Assembly: GCA_016840165.1 (NCBI GenBank) | Contig: JAEOSU010000051.1 | Coordinates: 223,090 to 287,089 of the forward strand | Direction: 5' to 3' | Length of the DNA stretch: 64,000 nt | From: Promethearchaeota archaeon | GTDB lineage: Archaea > Asgardarchaeota > Lokiarchaeia > Sigyniarchaeales > SOKP01 | The notes under the pieces: generated by a model | The model's input: only the letters and a program-made list of their open reading frames with translations | Told to the model about the DNA's origin: nothing | Databases searched by the model: none | Translations under genes and position numbers: made by a program | In this document: positions 58,736 to 64,000 of the stretch, in pieces | How the letters are laid out: every line of letters begins with the position of its first letter | Position numbering within the stretch: position 1 is the first letter of the stretch

Positions 58736-59986
58736 TCAATTATCTTTAATGGATTTTATTTCCTTATTAACAATGACTTGTAATTTATCCAATTCGTTTA
58801 ATTGCTTGTCGATTATTTCCTGTAATTCCTCATTTTTTAAGTGTTTATTAAGTGGTTTTTCTTTTTCAATGTCTTCACGTAAAAGATTGTAGGTTTTTAT
58901 TTGATTTAAGGTCATGTCGATTTTCCGCGTGTTTATTTTAATATCTTTTTTCAATTTTTTAATTAAATTTATAATCAATTCAAAATTCTCGACAGAATTA
59001 GACCAATAATGCAGTTCCTTTTTATTTTTTAATGAATCGATTGTATTACTTACATTTTCCAAAAATGCCTTAAATACATTATGAGGTTTGATTTCAAATA
59101 ATTCTTCTCTCTTTTTGGGTTCTAGATTGAGCTCATTCAGGATATCATCAGTATACTTTATAGTAATTGGTTTACTCTTTGATTTATCCTCCTTTATTAA
59201 TTCCTTCGAGCTAATATCAAATTTATTGACCCGTTCTAGTTCTTCCGCATCGGTAATTAATTTTAACTCATCATATTCCACTTGAGTAATTAATGGAGTA
59301 AATCTTACTTGCAGGTGTTTTTTTGCGAAAAAAGAATCCTTTACTCTTATAAATTGGGTATACATAGAAATCATATCCTCTCCAACTGGAGCAAATAATA
59401 CGCCGTAATCATTATCGAGCTGCTTTAATAATTGATTAAGTCTGCTCTCTTTTATCGCACCTGTGACTAAAATCTTTTTCCATGGAGCAAGTTCAGGCAT
59501 CCCTTCAAGTGGATTTTTAACTAGTACTTCTATTTTATCTTGCAATGCAAGTTTTTTAATATTATTTAACGTAATTTTTGCAATATCCGAATTTGCTTCT
59601 AAAAGTATAATTTTTCCTTCGGGCGCAAGATGATGTGCTAATACTGCTATATATCCACTTTTTGCTCCTAAAATCATTAGATCATCATCTTTTTTCAAAA
59701 GCAAATTTTGAATCATAATAGAAATCATATGTTTTGCAGAGATTGTTCTTACTTTTTCTGGATGATTTTCTTGATTATAAAAAAGAATAGGATTATCATT
59801 ATATATTTGTTCTATTTTGAAGTGAGGATATATAGTTTTTATTAATTTTATAGCTTCCTTGGGTATAAATTCTGATAATTCAATATCCAAAAACGCTTTA
59901 AATAAACGGATATCTTTCAAGTATCCTCGTTCATATAATTCAAATAATAATTGGACTTTTGAATAGAATAATTTTTTATCTTCCAC
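58736..59986 (-). CDS. Protein-L-isoaspartate O-methyltransferase-like protein with C-terminal helical extension
   Basis: AFL.I..SEFIP...Y.DNP...TISAKHM, ILGAKSGY, PW..ILVTGA, L..QL...GVLFAPVG, VRFTPL. Confidence 0.72.
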   Translation of the reverse strand: MEDKKLFYSKVQLLFELYERGYLKDIRLFKAFLDIELSEFIPKEAIKLIKTIYPHFKIEQIYNDNPILFYNQENHPEKVRTISAKHMISIMIQNLLLKKDDDLMILGAKSGYIAVLAHHLAPEGKIILLEANSDIAKITLNNIKKLALQDKIEVLVKNPLEGMPELAPWKKILVTGAIKESRLNQLLKQLDNDYGVLFAPVGEDMISMYTQFIRVKDSFFAKKHLQVRFTPLITQVEYDELKLITDAEELERVNKFDISSKELIKEDKSKSKPITIKYTDDILNELNLEPKKREELFEIKPHNVFKAFLENVSNTIDSLKNKKELHYWSNSVENFELIINLIKKLKKDIKINTRKIDMTLNQIKTYNLLREDIEKEKPLNKHLKNEELQEIIDKQLNELDKLQVIVNKEIKSIKDN

Positions 59987-60077
59987 GTGTAATACTATCC
60001 TATTATATTATTATATTTTCTTGTAATAAAATATTATAAACTGCTTCACACTTAAAAATATAAGGTATAAATTTAAT

Positions 60078-60647
60078 ATGATGATTTTAGATTCTGAAAG
60101 TTTCAAGAGAGCAAAAATCACGATTTACCTATCGATTATTAACATAATATTGTATTTAGTATTCCTCTTGAACCAAAATACAGAAATCTATTTACTATTA
60201 GTTCAGATCAATTATAAGATCCTTGAAAGATTAGAATTATGGAGACTTTTTACTTCTATGTTTTTACATGGAGATACTATCCATCTAATATCAAATATTA
60301 TTGGTTTGGTATTATTTGGAACATTTATTGAGAATATAGTATCAAGAAAAGCCTATCTGATAATATATTTCTTATCTGGGGTATTGGGAAATATAATGAC
60401 ATTATTTTTGCTCCCTCCCTATATAATTAGTCTAGGTGCTTCAGGAGCGATATATGGATTAATTGGTGCTAGCGTCATTTATATTATTTTTGAACGCAAT
60501 ATGACACAGTTGATAATTACTTTTGTTTATCTCCTTTATTTTATAGCTACAAGTTTCTCACCAGAAATCAATTATGCTGCTCACATATTTGGATTGATTT
60601 CGGGCTCAGGTTTAGGATACTTTTTTGTTCGGAAATCTCTCTCATAA
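60078..60647 (+). CDS. Rhomboid intramembrane serine protease
   Basis: WRLFTSMFLH..HL..N, GASGA, AHIFGL. Confidence 0.92.
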   Translation: MMILDSESFKRAKITIYLSIINIILYLVFLLNQNTEIYLLLVQINYKILERLELWRLFTSMFLHGDTIHLISNIIGLVLFGTFIENIVSRKAYLIIYFLSGVLGNIMTLFLLPPYIISLGASGAIYGLIGASVIYIIFERNMTQLIITFVYLLYFIATSFSPEINYAAHIFGLISGSGLGYFFVRKSLS

Positions 60648-60656
60648 GTATTCTGA

Positions 60657-61334
60657 TTACTGATTCAAGTTTTTTTTTCTTTTCTTTTCTTTTAAAGCTA
60701 TTTCCATTGAAAAATCTTTAGGACAAACATCATTTAAAGGGCAAATTTTGCATTTAGGATTATTGGGAAGACATATTTCTTGACCAAACCTGACAAATAA
60801 TCTATTTATACGAATCCATTCGCCCTTAGGTACAATCTCCATTAATTTCTTTTCTGTTATTTCGGGAACTTTTGTCTGGACCCATCCTAAGCGATTTGAA
60901 ATTCTATGTACATGAGTATCTACTGGTATTGCGGGTTTTTTAAATGCATAAACTAAAACACAATTAGCCGTTTTGGCCCCTACCCCTGGCAGTGAGAGTA
61001 AATCCTTTTTATCATCGGGTACTATGCCCTGATACTCATTTTCAATAATCTGGGCTACTTCCTTTATTCTTCTTGATTTAACTCTATAAAACCCTGCATT
61101 ATAAATTAATTTTTCTAGCTCAGGGACAGGTGCATTAGCTATTTCATGTGGATCCTTATAACGAGAAAATAATTTTTTAGTAGCCTCTCTGGTATTTGCG
61201 TCTTTAGTTCTTGCAGATAATATAGTAGATATTAAAATTTTAAAAGGATCTTGTCTTTTTCTAGCTAATTCATCTAAGTGAGCCTCTCCTGTTAACTTGG
61301 CTTCTACGTTATCAAGTATTTCTTGAAAATCCAT
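60657..61334 (-). CDS. nth: Endonuclease III (HhH-GPD, 4Fe-4S)
   Basis: [32 protein letters not shown]...C. Confidence 0.93.
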   Translation of the reverse strand: MDFQEILDNVEAKLTGEAHLDELARKRQDPFKILISTILSARTKDANTREATKKLFSRYKDPHEIANAPVPELEKLIYNAGFYRVKSRRIKEVAQIIENEYQGIVPDDKKDLLSLPGVGAKTANCVLVYAFKKPAIPVDTHVHRISNRLGWVQTKVPEITEKKLMEIVPKGEWIRINRLFVRFGQEICLPNNPKCKICPLNDVCPKDFSMEIALKEKKRKKNLNQ

Positions 61335-61346
61335 TTTATTGATACT

Positions 61347-62750
61347 TCACCCTTTTTTCTCGAATATATATAATTTTCGTTTCACAATTTGACCTTTTTT
61401 CGTATCGATGAAACTTTTTACTTGAGATTTTTGAAATTGAAGCCTTATATCTGATTTATTTACGATTCTATTTACGTCTAACATCGGAATAGATTTAAAA
61501 CCGTAATTTTGAGCGAATTTAGTAATATTTAGTTGCACTTCACTACCATCAAGAGTACTAAAGATGGGAGCGACTATAACTATTCTTGCATTCAACTTAA
61601 GTAAATTTGAGGCCTCGCTAAATATTAGTTCATATCTTTTCTCTAAGGTATTACTGATTAATTCTTTTATTTCTTGATAATACGGTTTTTTTGTGAAAAA
61701 TGGGCCAATATCGGGTTCAGTACAAATCCCGTCGAAATAATTCTTTTCAAAATATTTGGAAATTTCACTAATATCAAGTTCCTTTATTTTTTGATCCAGT
61801 TCTGGAGGAATTATCTCATCTAATTCGGTTGCAAGCCATTTAATATTTTTAATCGTGTTTTTAACTTTAGTATGATCAATATCAGTTCCATATATTTGAA
61901 AATCTTCGATTAATGCGAACATCAGGATTGTTCCGTTTCCCACAAAGGGATCCAAAATCTTCTTATTCTGTCGATCTTCAAATAAGTTCAAAAAATTTAG
62001 CATTATTAATGATAACTTTGGCGATATACTACTTTTAAATTCTTTATGGGGTCTTCCCTCATCAATTTTCTTTTTAAAATTGGGATCATCACAAGTTAGT
62101 GTTCGAGCAATATAAACACCCTCCTCTGTGAAACCAAATATAATTTCTGCTCGATTACGATCAAATAATCCATAAGTTATAAGATGATGAGGAAAAATGG
62201 GATTTAAGTTGCCTGATTCGATATTTTCTTTAGGATATTTATAATATAAAGCTTTTTTTGCTCTTCTTTGTTTTAAGATGTGCATAATTCCCGTATTAAG
62301 GAAGGGTAGAAAATGCTTAACTAGGACTTCTGAGTAATACTTATCGTCATAAAAATTAGGGTAAATTGAAATAGCATAAAATAGGCTTTCATTTCTTATA
62401 CGCATGAAAATTTCTTCAACATCATTATCGATTATAGTCAATATTTCCTTACGGATCCTCTCAATAAGCTTATGTTTCTCTAGTTTGGTCGGGAAAGCTT
62501 CATGAATCGTATGAATATTTATAAAATCTATGATTTTGGCAATCTTTTGACAGCCACCCAACATAAATTGGAGTTCCATCAATTTGTTGATAAAATATTT
62601 CTCTTCATGCAACTTTTCAAATCTTACTACTGCAATATTAGCAGAGTAGTCAACAATCTTTCCTTTAAATTCGGAAAACTTAAGGAAATTGTCTAATTCC
62701 GCTAATGACAGTTTCCAATTAGACCCTAATACAAATAGAAATTTTTCCAT
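61347..62750 (-). CDS. Trm11-like tRNA (guanine-N2) methyltransferase
   Basis: LSLAEL N-terminus, RP....SSISPKLS, ILDPFVGNGTIL, GTDI, ICTEP..G. Confidence 0.72.
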   Translation of the reverse strand: MEKFLFVLGSNWKLSLAELDNFLKFSEFKGKIVDYSANIAVVRFEKLHEEKYFINKLMELQFMLGGCQKIAKIIDFINIHTIHEAFPTKLEKHKLIERIRKEILTIIDNDVEEIFMRIRNESLFYAISIYPNFYDDKYYSEVLVKHFLPFLNTGIMHILKQRRAKKALYYKYPKENIESGNLNPIFPHHLITYGLFDRNRAEIIFGFTEEGVYIARTLTCDDPNFKKKIDEGRPHKEFKSSISPKLSLIMLNFLNLFEDRQNKKILDPFVGNGTILMFALIEDFQIYGTDIDHTKVKNTIKNIKWLATELDEIIPPELDQKIKELDISEISKYFEKNYFDGICTEPDIGPFFTKKPYYQEIKELISNTLEKRYELIFSEASNLLKLNARIVIVAPIFSTLDGSEVQLNITKFAQNYGFKSIPMLDVNRIVNKSDIRLQFQKSQVKSFIDTKKGQIVKRKLYIFEKKG

Positions 62751-62818
62751 AAATTAAAAGAAGTATAAAGATAAATTACTAAGAAAAGAAAGCTCTTTAT
62801 TCTTTTTCTATTTTATTG

Positions 62819-64000
62819 TTAATTTTCATCAATACCTAAAACATATTCAATAACTTTAATGATATCTGCTTTCCTAGCGTTATTTGGTAAATCAATCTCA
62901 TGTTTTTTACAAAATGATTTTAACTCTTTTACAGTAAAATCATTTAAATCATTTGGTAATTCATCAAGCATCTCCTGCTTGTCTTCATCACTTTCAAAAT
63001 CAATAGAAAGTTCATACCTTTCACCTGTTACCTCTTCTATTGCATCCAATATGTCAACTAAATCTTCTTTTTTTCTTTGAGGGACTCTTTCTAATATTTC
63101 TTCTTCTTCTTCACTTTCTAATAGTTTCTCTTCCTCTTCCTTTTTTTTCTGGGCTAATGCTTTTTTCTTTGCTAATCTCTCTTGTTTCAATACTTCAATC
63201 TTATCCATAAACTGTGAATAGTTGTCCTTAAAATATTTTAAACTCACATTGATGATATCAGAAAAGTTATCCCAGTTCTCTTCTTTTATTACCGAATCCA
63301 ACCAATGAAATAGGTCTAATTGAAGGTCAATTGTAATAACTTTTCCCTCAGATTCGATATCCGTTGTTAACCATCTTAAAATGTTTGCAATAATGATGTC
63401 ATTATCAAATGCTGTAAATCCATATTCACGTCCTAATGAAGAAAAAATAGAAGTAGTGCCGAAACTTACAACTTTTCCCTCATAATACTCTATCGCTAAC
63501 ATAAGTGGTATTTTAGGACTATCTTTCTCTACCCATTCTTTTCCATCATATACATTTCTCCAACAATTTATTCCCGCATTAATTAATTGCTCGATTTGAA
63601 CATTTTGCTCATCCTCAAGAACTTCAACCAAATTCAATGAACAGCTACTGGATAACACTACCTTTTTAACTTGTTCTGTAATGAAATGAGGTTTAAAATT
63701 TGTAATTAGAGGTCTTTTTTGCATATTAACATAAGAAACTGAATCAAAAACTTCATCATTTACAAATTCAAATCCGAACTTTCTGGTTAATTCATTTAGG
63801 TTTGTTCGATTCGAGTAATCTCCTCCCCGTGCCCCAATAATAAGCAAACTTCCCCCTTTTCTCACGAACTCTTCTAAAACTTCTACTTCTTTGGCAGTTA
63901 ATCCAATATTTTTTGGAGTAGATATAATTATTGCTGAATAGTGCTTAATATTTTCTAAAGAATTAAAGCCCAATTCAATTTTACCAATTTTATATCCTGA
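62819..64000 (-). CDS. GldG/IFT52-like (GATase1-like) domain + probable ribbon-helix-helix + SAP/Rho-N-like domain protein; 5' end outside window
   Basis: Frame is open to 64000. IIISTP...LT..E...L.EFV.KGGSLL...LNEL...FG, GKVV.FG, DND....NILRWL; C-terminal LNDFTVKELKSFCKKHEI.....RKADII. Confidence 0.65.
   Translation of the reverse strand, partial: SGYKIGKIELGFNSLENIKHYSAIIISTPKNIGLTAKEVEVLEEFVRKGGSLLIIGARGGDYSNRTNLNELTRKFGFEFVNDEVFDSVSYVNMQKRPLITNFKPHFITEQVKKVVLSSSCSLNLVEVLEDEQNVQIEQLINAGINCWRNVYDGKEWVEKDSPKIPLMLAIEYYEGKVVSFGTTSIFSSLGREYGFTAFDNDIIIANILRWLTTDIESEGKVITIDLQLDLFHWLDSVIKEENWDNFSDIINVSLKYFKDNYSQFMDKIEVLKQERLAKKKALAQKKKEEEEKLLESEEEEEILERVPQRKKEDLVDILDAIEEVTGERYELSIDFESDEDKQEMLDELPNDLNDFTVKELKSFCKKHEIDLPNNARKADIIKVIEYVLGIDEN

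Noticed and set aside
61-63080. Many 60-150 aa ORFs overlapping larger genes (e.g. 2331-2588, 21122-21535, 35973-36704, 42742-42984, 51101-51556)
   Set aside because: They are antisense or alternate-frame shadows of well-supported genes and have no recognisable motifs.
1-64000. tRNA/rRNA genes, CRISPR arrays, transposases, integrases or prophage
   Set aside because: I saw no GC-rich structured intergenic segments, repeat-spacer periodicity or recombinase/transposase motifs by eye; a covariance-model scan was not possible.

Overview
AT-rich, gene-dense archaeal chromosome segment. It most likely comes from an Asgard archaeon of the Lokiarchaeia/Promethearchaeota type, based on Alba, a histone-fold protein, Cdc48, a Sec11-type signal peptidase, thiolase+DUF35, an Arf-like GTPase fusion, longin/uDENN-like proteins and GGTGA/GGAGG ribosome-binding sites. 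The left half is mostly acyl-CoA/fatty-acid and B12 metabolism (EtfAB, two acyl-CoA dehydrogenases, a split acyl-CoA mutase with MeaB and CobO, split CoA-transferase-like subunits, MaoC, thiolase) plus threonine biosynthesis. The best candidate for a new system lies at about 45-56 kb. One arm is a wHTH-HdrA-MvhD fusion that has lost the HdrA core Fe-S cluster motif, followed by MvhG and an MvhA with no C-terminal maturation tail, which together look like an H2/redox-sensing transcription-factor hydrogenase. The divergent arm encodes two paralogous unknown proteins, an Mtd-like dehydrogenase and Cdc48. It is followed by an 80-aa micro-paralogue that shares a 19-bp upstream element with the first gene of that arm. 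A second highlight is a 1126-aa protein fusing longin/uDENN-like domains, an Arf-like GTPase, PAS-PAS-GAF and a catalytically dead histidine kinase. I saw no rRNA, tRNA, CRISPR array or transposase. All family calls come from motif recognition by eye, with no database search.
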